Notes: a model not told the origin generated them from the letters alone. Shown: positions 1-12,961, numbered from the stretch's first letter. The stretch is DNA of 64,000 nt from Chiloscyllium plagiosum (GCF_004010195.1 NC_057718.1:93460561-93524560); one strand, 5' to 3'. Program-made: numbers and translations.

Positions 1-1599
1 TAAAACCAGGAGAGAGGTGGGCACCAGGGGGCATGGAGTGTTTTATTTCCCCCTCAGACTCTATTTTGATTTAATTCCTGCCCTCCCCTTTCACTTTTTG
101 ATCACGTAGCATTGCTCTTTGTTGAGAAGGGCACTGCTTGTCACTGGCCACTTGGGTGTTTCCTTTCTTCCTGGTGGTGAAATATAAATAACAATTTATA
201 CACTTATTGTTTTTCACTGTGACCGACACCAGCACACACTCAACATGGTTGCTGGGGAGAAAATAAGCGCTACTGCTGATAGGCGGCTGTGTGGGGAAGA
301 AGAATCCCCTCAATCTTGGGGGACTGACTCTGAGCTGGCTGGCCACAGAGCCAGTGTGTTACTGCTGCTGTTGATTTCTGCTGAGGAGGAAAGTTTTCCT
401 TTCTTTCCCCTTTTGATTTTTGGTTTTTCCTTGTTTTTTTGGTGTTTGTTTTTCTGGTTTCGTTCCTTGTCTCCTTTAATTTAGAAAAAAATACAACCAG
501 GAGAGAGAACCTCCACAGTTGAGAAAGGAAATAAAAATAGCCAGGAGATTTAGAATCTTAAAAAAAGAAAAAAAATGTTTAACCAGGAGAGAAGCGAGCA
601 CCAGAGGGCATGGAGTGTTTTATTTCCCCCTCGGATTCTATTTTGATTAAACCCCTGCCCTCCCCTTTCACTTTTTCGATCACGTAGACATTACCCCTAA
701 GGGCACTGCTCGTCACTGGCCATTTTTGTTCTTCCTGGTGATGGGAATGAATAAAGTTTTCTGCACCCATTGTTTCTTCACTGTGTCCTACACCTACATG
801 TACATGACATGGATGCTGGGGGTCGGATATATGCACTGCTTGGCGGTAGTTTGGGGGATTATAAAAGACAAACCAGGAGATGAAAATCTCCTCAGTTCAG
901 GAAAAAAATTAAAAATATAAGCAGGAGATTTTTAGAATGTCCTCAGTTGTGAAAGAAAAAAAATAACCAGGAGATTTAGTATCTCAAAAAAAATGTATAA
1001 CCAGGAGAGAAGTGGGCATCGGGGGCATGGAGTGCTTTGTTTCTCCTGCTGACTCTATTTTGATTTAAGTCCTGCCCTCCTCTTCAATTTTTCATTCACA
1101 CAGGCTTTGTCCTTAAGAAAAGGGGCACTGCTTGTCACTGGCCATTTTGATGTTTTGGTGGAATGCGAATAACGTTTTCTGCATGCGATGTTTCTTCACT
1201 GTGTCCTACACCTACACGCACAACATGGATGCTGGGGAGAAAAAAAGGAAAAAAATAAAGAAAATATATAACTTGGGGAATTAGAATCTCCGCCAAAAAA
1301 TAAGAAAATATAACCAGGGGATTTAGAATCTCGTAGAGAAAAAAATATATAATCAGGAGATTAGAATCTCCACAAAATAAAAGCGAGAAAATATAACTAG
1401 GCGATTCAGAATCTCCTCGATTCAGGGACTGACTCTGAGCTAGCTGGCCACAGCCAAAAAAAGCTATTACCAGGAGATTTAGAATCTCCTCAGTGGAGGG
1501 GGTTGACTCTGAACTGGCTGGTCATAGCCAGTGTACTGTGCACAAGTAAATACAGGATGACTTGGTGATGGGATACCGGCCGCTGTGCAGTTATTTCAG
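1..1599 (+). repeat. Complex tandem array derived from an LTR plus three copies of a ~250-290 bp unit
   Basis: The unit starting aaccaggagaga..gcacc recurs at ~5, ~581 and ~1000. The motif (tata)accaggagatttagaatctc recurs about ten times. 1503-1599 matches the 3' end of the solo LTRs at 43585 and 60235 (gtgacttggtga..ggataccggcc..ttatttca). Confidence 0.8.
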
Positions 1600-2057
1600 G
1601 TGTTAATGTGTGTGATTTGTAAAAAAAATTGAGAATTTTAAAGTCAAGATATTTCTTGAAGTTGAGGCACTATTCATCATTGAGCACAACACTGCTTGAT
1701 GCAAGTTAAGACATGGGCCACAGAGTTTTGAAATGGCCTTAAGTTTAAGGAAAGTGGAATGTGGGAGATCAACCACATTAGTGTTATAACAAAAACATCA
1801 AGTAGGTTTCCAAAAGCAAATGAACTGAGGTAAGGCTAGAGGTGGGTGGTGGTGTTATTTATGCAGAATTAGACAGGGAAATTAGCTCTGCATGTGTTCT
1901 TTCCATAATAATCTTTAACCAACTATTGTAAACTGGATAATATCTGACAGTGATGGATTCAAATTGTTCTAATCCATTGCCCAGAATTAGACCCAGTGTT
2001 GCTTTCAACCATGAGAGAGACTAACACACCAATTGATTACCTTCTCCTTCCATTTGG

Positions 2058-2195
2058 CAGATATAGGGAGAGGCTAAACAGGCTGGGGCTGTTTTCCCTG
2101 GAGCTTCGGAGGCTGAGGGGTGACTTAATAGATGTTTACAAAATTATGAGGGGTATGGATAGGATAACCGTGCTGTACATCTCTATGAATCTATG
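2058..2195 (+). mobile_element. CR1-clade LINE 3' fragment, internally deleted
   Basis: Encodes YRERLNRLGLFSLELRRLRGDLIDVYKIMRG, then jumps to the tail gctgtacatctctatga. Confidence 0.85.
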
Positions 2196-2659
2196 TCCCT
2201 TTCTTCCCTATCCTTAACATTATGTTGTTCTCAGTCTACTAATTAAAATCTAACAATATTGCTATATTTTTGTGACATACCTTTGCAATCTTCCAAAATA
2301 TTTGTACCTTTTCACTCTGTGGTGCACCATTAAAAACTCCCAAAATACCAACACTGTCCCTCAGCTAAAACCACAATGTTTCAGTTCCATGACTAGCCAG
2401 GATATCTTTTCTGTTTAGCACTGTTAATCATTGTTAATTAATGCCACTATACTCCTCCTATTTTTCATTCTCGATCACCACAGAATAGTTGGTAATCATG
2501 AAGATTAAGAATATTATTCCTGACTTTGTTTGACCCAAGACTCTGATAATGCAACCAGACCATAATCCTACACAGTTGTCTCTGAGGGTCTGATCATGAT
2601 TTGATTTATGGGCAAGTTGAAACACATTGCAGGGCAATATAAAGGAACTGTTTGTAAGT

Positions 2660-3052
2660 CCAGCATAGAAGGTTGAGAGGTGACCTTATAGAGGTTTATA
2701 AAATAATGAGGGGTATAGGTAAGATGAACGGCAGGTGTCTGTTCTCTCGGCTCTGTTCTCAAGACTAGGTGGTGTATTTTTAAGGTGAGAGGCTCGAAAT
2801 TTAAAAAAAAAGATGAGGGGTTACATTTTTTTTACACAGAGAGTGGCTTGTGTATGGAATGAACTTCCAGAGAAAGTTCATTCCATGTGGATACAGTTAC
2901 AATGTTTAAAAGGCATTTGGATAAGTACATGAATAGGAAAGGTTTGGAGGGATATGGGCCAAGGGCAGGCAGGCGGGACTCACTTAGTTTGGGATTATAG
3001 TCAGTATGGACTGCTTCGACTGAAGGGTCTGTTTCCATGCTGTATGACTCTG
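2660..3052 (+). mobile_element. CR1-clade (HER1-like) LINE 3' fragment
   Basis: Degenerate end of ORF2 and 3'UTR (gaagggtctgtttccatgctgtatgactct) shared with many copies in the window. Confidence 0.85.
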
Positions 3053-5711
3053 CACAGGAAATGTTGGATTTTAAAATTATAATCCTGTATAAAATTGTAT
3101 TTGTAAGTACAAGCCTTTGTAACACAGACATTTGCAAACCAGCACCTCTTGTAGCAATTTATGCCTATAGTTCACTAATATTATATGGATACAGGCATTT
3201 TAATATATTTTAATACTTTCCTCATCACTTTTTGCTATTTTTCTCAATTAATTATTGCTATAATTCTAATAGTACTGCTATTACCAGCCCTATGCCATCT
3301 GAACAATGAAAAACTAAAGGTAACTTAGTGAAAAGTTGACTAAAGGTATCGGCGAAGGTATCTGTTAATCTAAAACTACGAACAGTGCAAACTGCCATCA
3401 AGCACTCTTCAACAGTTAACAACATAACCGAACCAATCAATACTAGTCAGCCACCAATGGACTCATTCTATGGCATTGACGTAACTCTTGAATTTCTCAC
3501 CCTTATTTCTGTGTCCAGCTCCTACGCAGGCTCCGTCTTTTGTGTTGCTTTTCCGTCAGGCTTTACCCTCATCTCTTCCACACTCTCTGCCAGTTCTCCT
3601 CCTTTGAACGAACGGAGGATTCATTTCTGCAAACATCTGATATTGAATTGGATAGAAGTTATGCATTTTTCTGATGACTCCTCGGCCTTTCCTTTCAGAA
3701 TTAGTCCGCACAGTTCCCCCACAGTGCGGGATATAATGGCGAAAGGAAGCAATCCTAGCAGACACTTAAGTATTCCTGAATGAGCTGTCACACAAGCGTG
3801 CACAATCTCACTGTGTGTACAGCTGTAAGAGCCAGGAGTATTATCTGAACATCAGCTTTACACAGCCTGAGTAATCAGACCACTTCCTTCAACTTTTCAA
3901 CTAAAAGCCTTTAAAGCCCATGCTTGATAGTGTGAAAATTAATGTATCCACTGCTGAGAGGGTAAGAAGTCTTTACTGACATGGCGAACATTTGAGGTGG
4001 CTCTGAGAATAGGCAGCAATACTTTGGTGTGTCTCAGGGGCAATTGAAGGAAACAGCGTACTCAGAACGAGTCAACCAAAATCTTAAAACTCTCGAGGTT
4101 AAAAATACGGAGAGTCTTGAACACATTGGCCCGTCACCTTCACCAGATGTTACTGATGCTGCTTTTACCTTTGGACACCAAGAAAATGTTTTGAGGCACA
4201 ATTATCACAATCTAGCTTCTGCCCAGTTTGCAACAGCAGCTTAGCCCTCCCTATGATGGTCAATTTGGAAATATGGTGGCCTCATTCTTTCAGTCCATTC
4301 GATGTTGTAGCAGGGTCTTGACGTTAAACTATTGCAAAATGTATTTTTTTTTATTGCCAACGTGACTGATCGATACTGTGAGAGCGTAATTGCCAAACAC
4401 CACTATTCTCTCTCTATAGCCTTTGGGAATGTTGTATGTTATCCATGCTGGGTGTGTCATCAGAGCACAAATTATTAGGCCTCTGGGTTAAGCCTTGGCA
4501 AGCATCACTGAGATCTCCCCAGCTGCATCCTTCACAACGCCTTGGAAGTGAGGGGAGTACGTGCGTGACGAGGGAGACTCTCCAGCAGCTCGCCTGTGAC
4601 CCTGAGTTTTTGCTTCACATGTTGAAGCGGTTAAATAGCTCACTGAGAAATCTTCACAATAATGTCCGCTTTTAGGATCACCGAGGCTTCAGGTTGTCAG
4701 CTCACGGATATCTGAGGCTCAGGAGTGACATAGAGGAGCTGGATGAAAAGCACTGTAACCTGACCTGTGTAAAATTGCTCTCATATGCACAATCTATCAA
4801 CAACCACGCCACCCCCACCCCCGCCCGAATATTTTGGAACAACAAAAATGCAGCAAGACAGGAAGGAAAACTAACAGAGGCATTATGCTTTCCGAACTTC
4901 TCCACCCTCGGGTGTTTTCTCCTGCCTGTGTACAGGCAGCTACCCTATATCTCACACAAATGGTCAATCTCAATTGTGCATCAGGCGGCAAGGGGGCCTT
5001 TCCCTTCACACACCTGACGTTCACTCAGGAGTCTGACAGGAGTCATTACAGTGAGATCGACAGTTTTGGATCCCCCTTCCCCTCTTTCTCTGGCTTGGAT
5101 ATCTGACGCTTAGGGTTGGGACTGGAGTAAGGGAAACGCTGCGACTGTGGTTGGCACCCTGGCAGATCGCCCACCTGTTCAAGACGCTGCTTGTGTTCCA
5201 TCCATTAAAAACAACCTATAGCAATAAAATTGCAGGCCTTTATTAGGAGATTACTCAATTTAACTAAATTGAGTGTTGTAGCACACTCAGGTCTATTTAC
5301 TTCTGTCACAAAATCCGTTCAATGCCATGAAATACTTGCAACATTGATACATCAACCCCTTTCTTCCAGGATTGAAATGTCAGACCAATTTTGCTGTCAC
5401 TTAATTATCGACCCATGTCTCGTTTGGGAACATCTCCCAGTTGCCACTGTGGGATTTTAATGAATTTTCTTTCATACGGTCATTACTAAAGTGAGTTGTC
5501 AATCATAACAGGCATTTTGTTATCATATAATGATAAGTAAAGCAAAACCAAATGCTTTTATCAATTTGATTATCTTCAAGTGAAGTACTCCTGGTAGACA
5601 TAACGTGCTATTTTGTTGTTGGATTTAAATTACATATTGTAGTTTCCTCACTGCACAACTGTAACAACACCAATCAGCTTTCCTTTCCAGAATTTATGAT
5701 ACAAAATACAC

Positions 5712-6500
5712 TCATAGAGTCATGGAAAGGCACAGCACAGAAACAGTCCCTTCAGCCCAACTTGTCCATATCTTAAATTAATCTAGTCCCATTAACCAGC
5801 ATTTGGCCCATATCCCTCAAAACCCTTCCTATTCAAATAACCATCCAAATGCCTTATAAATGTTAACGTTGTACAAACTCCACCATTTCCTCTGGCAGCT
5901 CATTCCACGCATGTATTACCCTCTGTGTGTAAAGGTTAACTCTTAAGTCCCTTTTAAATCTTTCCCCTCTCACCTTAACCCAATACCCTCCGGTTTTTGA
6001 CTCCCCTACCCTGGGGCAGAGACCTTGACTATTTATCCTATCCATGCCCCTCATGATTTTATAAACCTCTACAAGGTCAACCCTCTGTCTCTGATGCTCC
6101 AGGGAAAACAGCCCCAGCCTATTCAGCCTCTCCCTGTAATTCAAACCCTCCAACCCCTGGCAACATCCTTGTAAATCGTTTCTGAACCCTTTCAAGTTTC
6201 ATAATATCTTTCCTATAGCAGGGAGACCAGCTTTGCTTGGAATATTCCAAAAGTGGCCTAACCAATGTCCTGTACAACCACAACATGACCTCCTAACTCC
6301 TGTACTTAATGCACTGACAAATAGTGGCAAGGGTAGGAAATGTTTTCTTCAACATCCTGTCTACCTGCGACTCCACTTTCAAGGAACTATGAACGTGCAT
6401 TCCAAGGCCTCTTTCTTCAGCAACACTCCCAGGTGCCTGCTCTGATTTGCCTTTCCAAAGTGCAACACCTTTCATTTATCTAAATTAAACTCCATCTGTC
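5712..6500 (-). mobile_element. CR1-clade LINE 3' fragment
   Basis: ORF-track 5863-6195 and 6293-6475 give CR1 ORF2 C-terminal motifs (LGLFSLE..VYKIMRG..WNELP); tail at the left end. Confidence 0.9.
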
Positions 6501-6559
6501 ATTAGTTGAATGTTGTATATGAAATAATTTTATCTGATGTTTTGACAGTATGAAGTGTC

Positions 6560-7115
6560 TATCGATGACCATGAAGCCATTGTTCATTATCAGAAAAGCC
6601 CATCAGGTTCACTAATATCTTTCATGGAAGGAACTCTGCCATGCTTACTTGGTCTGGCCTACATGTGACTCCAGACCCACAGCAATGTGGTTGACTTCAC
6701 TCTGAAATGGCCTAGCAAGCCACTCAGTTGTACCAATCACTACAAAGTCACAAGAAAGAAATAAAGCTGGACAGACCAATCTGGCACTAACCTAGGCACT
6801 GGAAAAGACAACAGCAGAAACAGGCCCGTCAGCCTGCAAAGTCCTTCTTAATAATCTCTGGAGGCTAGTGACAAAATTAGGAGAGCTGCCTCACAGACTA
6901 GTCAAGCACCAGCCTGACGCAGTCATACTTACACATCATACCTGAGAGACAATGCCCCAGACACCACCATCACTATCCCTGGATATGTCCTGTCCCACCA
7001 GCAGGACCAAGCAGAGTTATAGAGTCAAGAGGGAGTTGGCCTTGGAGTTTGAACATAGATTTCGGACTCCATGAAGTCTCATGGCTTTAGGTTAAACATG
7101 GGCAGGGAAGCCTGA
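6560..7115 (+). mobile_element. 5' part of a non-LTR retrotransposon: 5'UTR plus N-terminus of an APE-type endonuclease (degraded)
   Basis: From ~6853 reads NLWRLVTKLGEL..KHQPDAVILT/SYL..TITIPGYVLSHQQD, matching the LINE APE pattern NxxGL..PDxxxLTExxL..IPGY..RxD. The upstream part matches the body of the tRNA-headed SINEs. Confidence 0.75.
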
Positions 7116-7634
7116 ATAGATTCTGAGGTTCTGAAGGTGGACTATTGGACCCAACACGTTCTCTCCACAGACTATGCAAGACCTGATGAAAAATTAAGAC
7201 GTGAGTGGGACCCAAGTATGTTAAAGAGCAGAGAGGCGATAAGGGGATTGACACTTACTGGAAATAGAGTTGGGCAGCCGAGGTTTAGAGGTTGATGGAG
7301 CTATGTGGAAGACCAGCCGGGGTGCATTGGAATAGTTTCACCTCGGGAGACATAGGCTTTGGATGAACATTTCAGCAGCAAACGAGCCGTGGCTGAGGTC
7401 ATGCCAGCAATGCTCAGGAAATAGATGGCATTAGTGATGGTATGAATATAAAATCATAAACTCAACTTAGGATCAAGGTGACACTGAGATCTGATGGCTC
7501 AAATGATGGCTGTACAAATTGGAACAGAAAATATCATCAGCTGATAGTGTTGTACAAATAAATTAGTTTGAAAAGGCAGCATCTCTGCTGCAAAGAATTC
7601 AGTTAAAAGTCACCTCCATATCATGGCAAAGAGT

Positions 7635-7936
7635 TTAGATTAGATTCCCTACAGTGTGGAAACAGGCCTTTCGGCCCAACAAGTCCACACCGACCCTCTG
7701 AGGAGTAACCCACCAGACTCATTTCCCTCTGACTAATGGACAATTTAGCATGGCCAATTTACCTAACCTGTACATCTTTGGACTGTGGGAGGAAACCGGA
7801 GCACCTGGAGGATACCCACACAGACACGGGGAGGATGTGCAAACTCCACACAGACAGACACCTGAGGCTGGAATTGAACCTAGGAACTCTAGTGCTGTGA
7901 GGCTGCAGTGCTAACCACTGAGCCACCGTGCCACCC
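7635..7936 (-). mobile_element. HE1-type V-SINE
   Basis: tRNA-like head (ggtggctcagtggttagcactgc), V-domain (gtttgcac..ggtttcctcccacagtccaaagatgt) and CR1-like tail. Confidence 0.9.
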
Positions 7937-8374
7937 CTTAGTTTATTCTGCGACTGGAGTGAAGGATTCTTGTTTTCAAGGCAAGTGTGCGCTTGGTAAC
8001 ATAGTATTTCTTAATTTTCATGTTGTTCTAATTCTGCTGTCATTTCAGTTCCAGAAGCAATTAGAGTTACGAATTTATTGAGTTGGAAGTGGCAGCTTAT
8101 GTAATTCGAATGTATGTGGTAGTTTGTAGATGTTGCCCCTGAGGCACAGAATGCTTACTTCTCAAGTACCAACAACTCAGTCTTGGTGAGGACAGGTGGT
8201 TAAGAGTGATCCATGTTTGATCTTTTGGCACATGCAAAAGATTGTTGTGGTTCATGTAGAGTTTATAATAATCGACAGCACAAAGAAACTGAGCAATAAA
8301 TCTGAACTAATGATCACGCACCTTTCCAAACTATCTCACTTGATTTGATTTGCTTTTGTATCATTCCAGAACTG

Positions 8375-8690
8375 ACACGGTGACTCAATGGTTTGCACTG
8401 CTGCCTCACGGTGCCAGGGACCTGGGTTCGATTCCATCCTTGGGCGACTGTATGCATTTGTATGTTCGCCTCGTGTCTGGGTAGGTTTCTGCCATGTTCT
8501 TGGGTTTCCTCCCACAGTCCAAAAAATGTGCAGGTTAGACGGGTTGACCATTGTGTCCAGGTTTGTGTAGACTAGGTGGGTTAGCCACGGGAAATGCAGG
8601 CTTGTTGGGTGGACCTGTGCGGGATGCTCTTCGGAGGGGCGGTGTGGACCTGATGGGCCAAATTCTTCCACACTGTAGGGATTCTATGAA
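8375..8690 (+). mobile_element. HE1-type V-SINE
   Basis: Same head/V-domain/tail structure. Confidence 0.88.
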
Positions 8691-9198
8691 CTCTTAACTG
8701 CTTCTAGCAAAAAGTAAGGATTTCTAATCACATTCCCACCGAAACAATTTTCTTCTTTATCATTCTGCACTCTGTCCTCCCCTCAACACCAGATTCAGGT
8801 TAAACTGAGACATTGGATGCTACTCTAATTGTTGGCTAAACCTTTCAATGAAACTAGGGCCTGTCATGATGCCTGCATATCTCTGGTGCCTTGAGGTTGG
8901 TGGAGAGTGTAGCCACCATTCCTCTTTCCTATGCTAATTGACTGTTTAGTAGGTTGTTGTTGGGGGAATTCGATGACGTATGTCATTGCAGAAGAGATTT
9001 TTATCTTAGATAACAAGCCATAACTTATTCCCTCTTAATAATAGAGAGGCGTTGGCATTGTCACTGGGTTAGAAATCCTGGTTTCCCTGGGCTAGTTTCT
9101 GGGAACATGGGTCGAATCCAACTACAGTGAAATTTGAATCCAATTAAAAATCTTGAATAAAAAAGTAATTGAAATGCAGCCACTGGTCCCTAGTTATA

Positions 9199-10692
9199 AA
9201 CATAGAACATAGAAGAATACAGCGCAGTACAGGCCCTTTGGCCCTCGATGTTGCGCCGATCCAAGCCCACCTAACCTATACTAACCCACTATCCTCCATA
9301 TACCTATCCAATGCCCGCTTAAATGCCCATAAAGAGGGAGAGTCCACCACTGCTACTGGCAGGGCATTCCATGAACTTACGACTCGCTGAGTGAAGAACC
9401 TACCCCTAACTTCAGTCCTATATCAACCCCCGCTTAATTTAAAGCTATGCCCCCTTGTAATACCCGACTCCATACGCGGGAAAAGGTTCACACTGTCAAC
9501 CCTATCTAACCCCCTAATCATCTTGTACACCTCAATCAAGTCACCCCTAAACCTTCTTTTCTCTAATGAAAACAGCCCCAAGTGTCTCAGTCTTTCCTCA
9601 TACGATCTTCCTTCCATACCAGGCAACATCCTGGTAAACCTCCTCTGCACCCGTTCCAGTGCCTCCACATCTTTCCTATAGTATGGCGACCAAAACTGCA
9701 CACAATATTCCAGATGCGGCTGTACCAGAGTCTTATACAACTGCATCATGACCTCAGGAGTCCGGAACTCAATTCCTCTACCAATAAAAGCCAGTACGCC
9801 ATATGCCTTCCTCACCGCACTATTTACCTGGGTGGCAACTTTCAGAGATCTGTGTACATGGACACCAAGATCCCTCTGCTCATCCACACTACCAAGTATC
9901 CGACCATTAGCCCAGTACCCCATCTTTTTGTTATTCTTCCCAAAGTGAGTCACCTCACACTTAGCTACATTGAATTCCATTTGCCACCTTTCTGCCCAGC
10001 TCTGCAGCTTCTCTATATCCTGCTGTAACCTGCCACATGCTTCCTCACTGTCAACAACTCCTCCGACTTTTGTGTCATCCGCAAACTTGCTCACCCAACC
10101 TTCTAACTCCTCTTCCAGGTCATTTATAAAAATGACAAACAGCAATGGTCCCAAAACAGATCCTTGCGGAACACCGCTAGTGACGGCACTCCATGAAGAA
10201 ACTTTGCCATCAACTACTACCCTCTGTCTTCTTCCATCCGGCCAATTTCTAATCCAAACCTCCAACTCACCCTCCATGCCATACCTCCGTATTTTTTGCA
10301 GTGGTCTACCATGGGGAACCTTATCAAACGCCTTACTAAAATCCATATATACCACATCTACCGCTTTCCCCTCATCAACCTCCTTCGTCACCTTTTCAAA
10401 GAATTCAATAAGGTTTGTGAGGGACGACCTGCCCTTCACAAAACCATGCTGACTATCCTTGATCACATTATTCCTATCCAGATGTTCATAAATCCTATCC
10501 CTTACAATTCTCTCTAAGACTTTGCCCACAACAGAAGTGAGACTCACCGGCCTATAGTTACTAGGGTTATCCCTACTCCCCTTTTTGAACAAGGGAACCA
10601 CATTTGCTATCCTCCAGTCTTCTGGCACTACTCCTGTAGACAAAGAGGACATAAAAATCAAGGCCAATGGCTCTGCAATCTCCTCCCTTGCT
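9199..10692 (-). mobile_element. Young 5'-truncated CR1-clade LINE
   Basis: Continuous RT-encoding frame followed by 3'UTR and a (ttctatg)n tail. Confidence 0.97.
9423..10692 (-). pseudogene. CR1 ORF2 reverse transcriptase domain, 5'-truncated, with one premature stop near the C-terminus
   Basis: NYRPVSLTS, QHGF, YMDFSKAFD, GVPQGSVLGP, FADD and YCVQFWSP motifs. The first ~27 aa of the track ORF are flanking DNA. Confidence 0.95.
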
Positions 10693-11027
10693 GTCTGGTT
10701 CACTTCAGCACTTTCGGGCAGTGCACACTGGTACACACTGCTGCTGCTGAGCGATGGTAGTTTGATGCACACGGTTTCTTGTTTATGTCAACGTTCCTTT
10801 GAGATATCTAACTCATTAGTCTATAGTTACAGCACAAAATTGACATAGGAGCCAGGGAAATCAAGTCACCATCAGCACACTGGTAGTGTCCCTACCTCTG
10901 AAGCAGGACACCCAGGTTCAATTCAAACCAGCTCCAGAGGTGGGTAGTAACATTTCTGAACTGGTTGTTGTGAAACTCAAATATCAAATGTGAAAATAAA
11001 AGATAAACACCATGGATGCTGCAAACA

Positions 11028-11372
11028 GGGTTGTGCAGTAGCTCAGCGATTAGCACTGCTGCCTCACATTGCCAATAACCAGGTTCAATTCCAGCCTTGG
11101 GTGACTGTCTGTGTGGAATTTGCACATTCTCTCTGTGTGGGTTTCCTCCGGGTGCTCCGGTTTTCTCCTACAGTCCAAAGACATGCAGGATGGGTGAATT
11201 GGCCATGCAAAACTGCCCCATCGTGTTCAGGGATGTGTGGGTTAGGTGGATTAGCTACAGGAAATGTAGGGTTACAGGGATAGAATAGATAGGTGGGATG
11301 CTCTTCAGTGGGTCAGTATGGACTCTTTGGGTCGAATGGCCTGCTTCCACACTGTAGGGATTCTATGATTCT
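11028..11372 (+). mobile_element. HE1-type V-SINE
   Basis: Head, V-domain and tail ending gggattctatgattcta. Confidence 0.88.
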
Positions 11373-11973
11373 AACAGTGTTTAGCTTTAGTTGGCAAAAC
11401 CCCAGATTTTGCATTGCTCCCATTACCCATAACCGGGGACACAGACCAATATCTCCCAGAGTGTGCCAACCTGAGAAAGACCTATTAATCACTACTGCCT
11501 TCTTCCTGTATTCTAACCATATCATCGTCTGTGCTAATATGCTACCATCTCCCTTGTTGTGTTCTTGTGAAAGACAGTGAGAAAGTTTGCACAATTACTT
11601 TGATCATCAAGAGAAATATTTGAATGTTCTTCGATCCAAACAGCCTTCAAATACAAAGCCAGTCCCTACGTAATCCTTCTTTCCTGGCTATGCATGACAA
11701 ATGTTTGACAATCAGTTCTGCTATCTTTTATCTATTTAGTCCTTTCTGGCCGCCATACTAGAGCTCAAGCCCCACATTTGGCAATGCCAGGTGTTCTTTA
11801 TATCTCCAGTCAGGGATATGAAGGAGGAATATACAGTCTGTCAGCACAAAAGCACAAACTTGTCAAGAATCGTGAAATGTTGCCTGTGTTTGAAATAATT
11901 TTTGAGTTGATCTCCTAAGCAAATCCTCAGATGAAGAATAATTCCAACTGACGTTAAATGCTTCACACATTGT

Positions 11974-12506
11974 CCATAAGACCTTAAGATCATAAGACAT
12001 AGGAGTGGAAGCAAGGCCATTTGGCCCATCGAGTCCACTCTGCCATTTAATCATGGCTGATGGGCATTTCAACTCCACTTACCCGCACTCTCCCCGTAGC
12101 CCTTAATTCCTTGCGAGATCAAGAATTTATCAATCTCTGCCTTGAAGACACTCAATGTCCCTTCCTCCACTGCGCTCCACGGCAATGAAATCCACAGGCC
12201 CACCACTCTCTGGCTGAAGAAACGTCTCTTCATTTCCATTCTAAATTGACCCCATCTAATTTTAAGGCTGTGCCCACGGGTCCTACTTTGCCTGCCTAAC
12301 GGAAACAACTTCCCAGCGTCCACCCTTTCTAAGCCATGCATTATCATGTAAGTTTCTATTAAATCTTCCCTCAACCTTCTAAACTCTAATGAATACAATC
12401 CCAGGATCCTCAGCTGTTCATCCTATAATGGGCCTACCATTCCAGGGATCATCCGTGTGAATCTCCGCTGGAGATTCCAGTGCCAGTATGTCCTTCCTGA
12501 GGTGTG
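11974..12506 (-). mobile_element. CR1-clade LINE 3' fragment (same subfamily as 51829-53328)
   Basis: YSLEFRRLREDLIETY..FFSQRVVGLW; tail reads ccataaga-like repeats on the + strand. Confidence 0.92.
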
Positions 12507-12705
12507 AGTTTATAGAATGAGATGTTGAAGGATATCTGTTGCAGGGGGTGTAATCTGCTCAGGGCAGGCTCAGACTACTAGGTCTGCAGTTACAATTACA
12601 AAAAGTTGTGTCTGTGATCAATGTTACTTGGTATTAAATCCATTTAATCTAGCGTAGACACTCAAGAAGCTGTAACAATAGCAATATTAATTTTTCCCTT
12701 TTTTT

Positions 12706-12961
12706 TAGATTAGATTACTTTACAGTGTGGAAACAGGCTCTTCGGCCCAACAAGTCCACACCGACCTGCCGAAGCGCAAACCACCCATACCCCTACATTT
12801 ACCCCTTACCTAACACTACGGACAGTTTAGCATGGCCAATTCACCTGACCTGCACATCTTTGGACTGTGGGAGGAAACCGGAGCACCCGGAGGAAACCCA
12901 CGCAGACACGGGGAGAATGACTGTGTGGAGTTTGCACAGTTGCCTTTAGCGGGAATTGAAC
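12706..12961 (-). mobile_element. HE1-type V-SINE lacking its head, with an internal 17-nt inversion
   Basis: Closely matches the reverse complement of 39249-39555 except that 12920-12936 is inverted and the 5' head is missing. Confidence 0.9.

Noticed and set aside
490..1500. Regularly recurring ~22-nt motif resembling a CRISPR array
   Set aside because: Repeats are degenerate, spacers are low-complexity A-runs of variable length, there are no cas genes, the context is vertebrate and the motif appears LTR-derived.
9582..10517. Plus-strand ORFs of 148 and 160 aa
   Set aside because: Antisense shadows of the CR1 RT frame.
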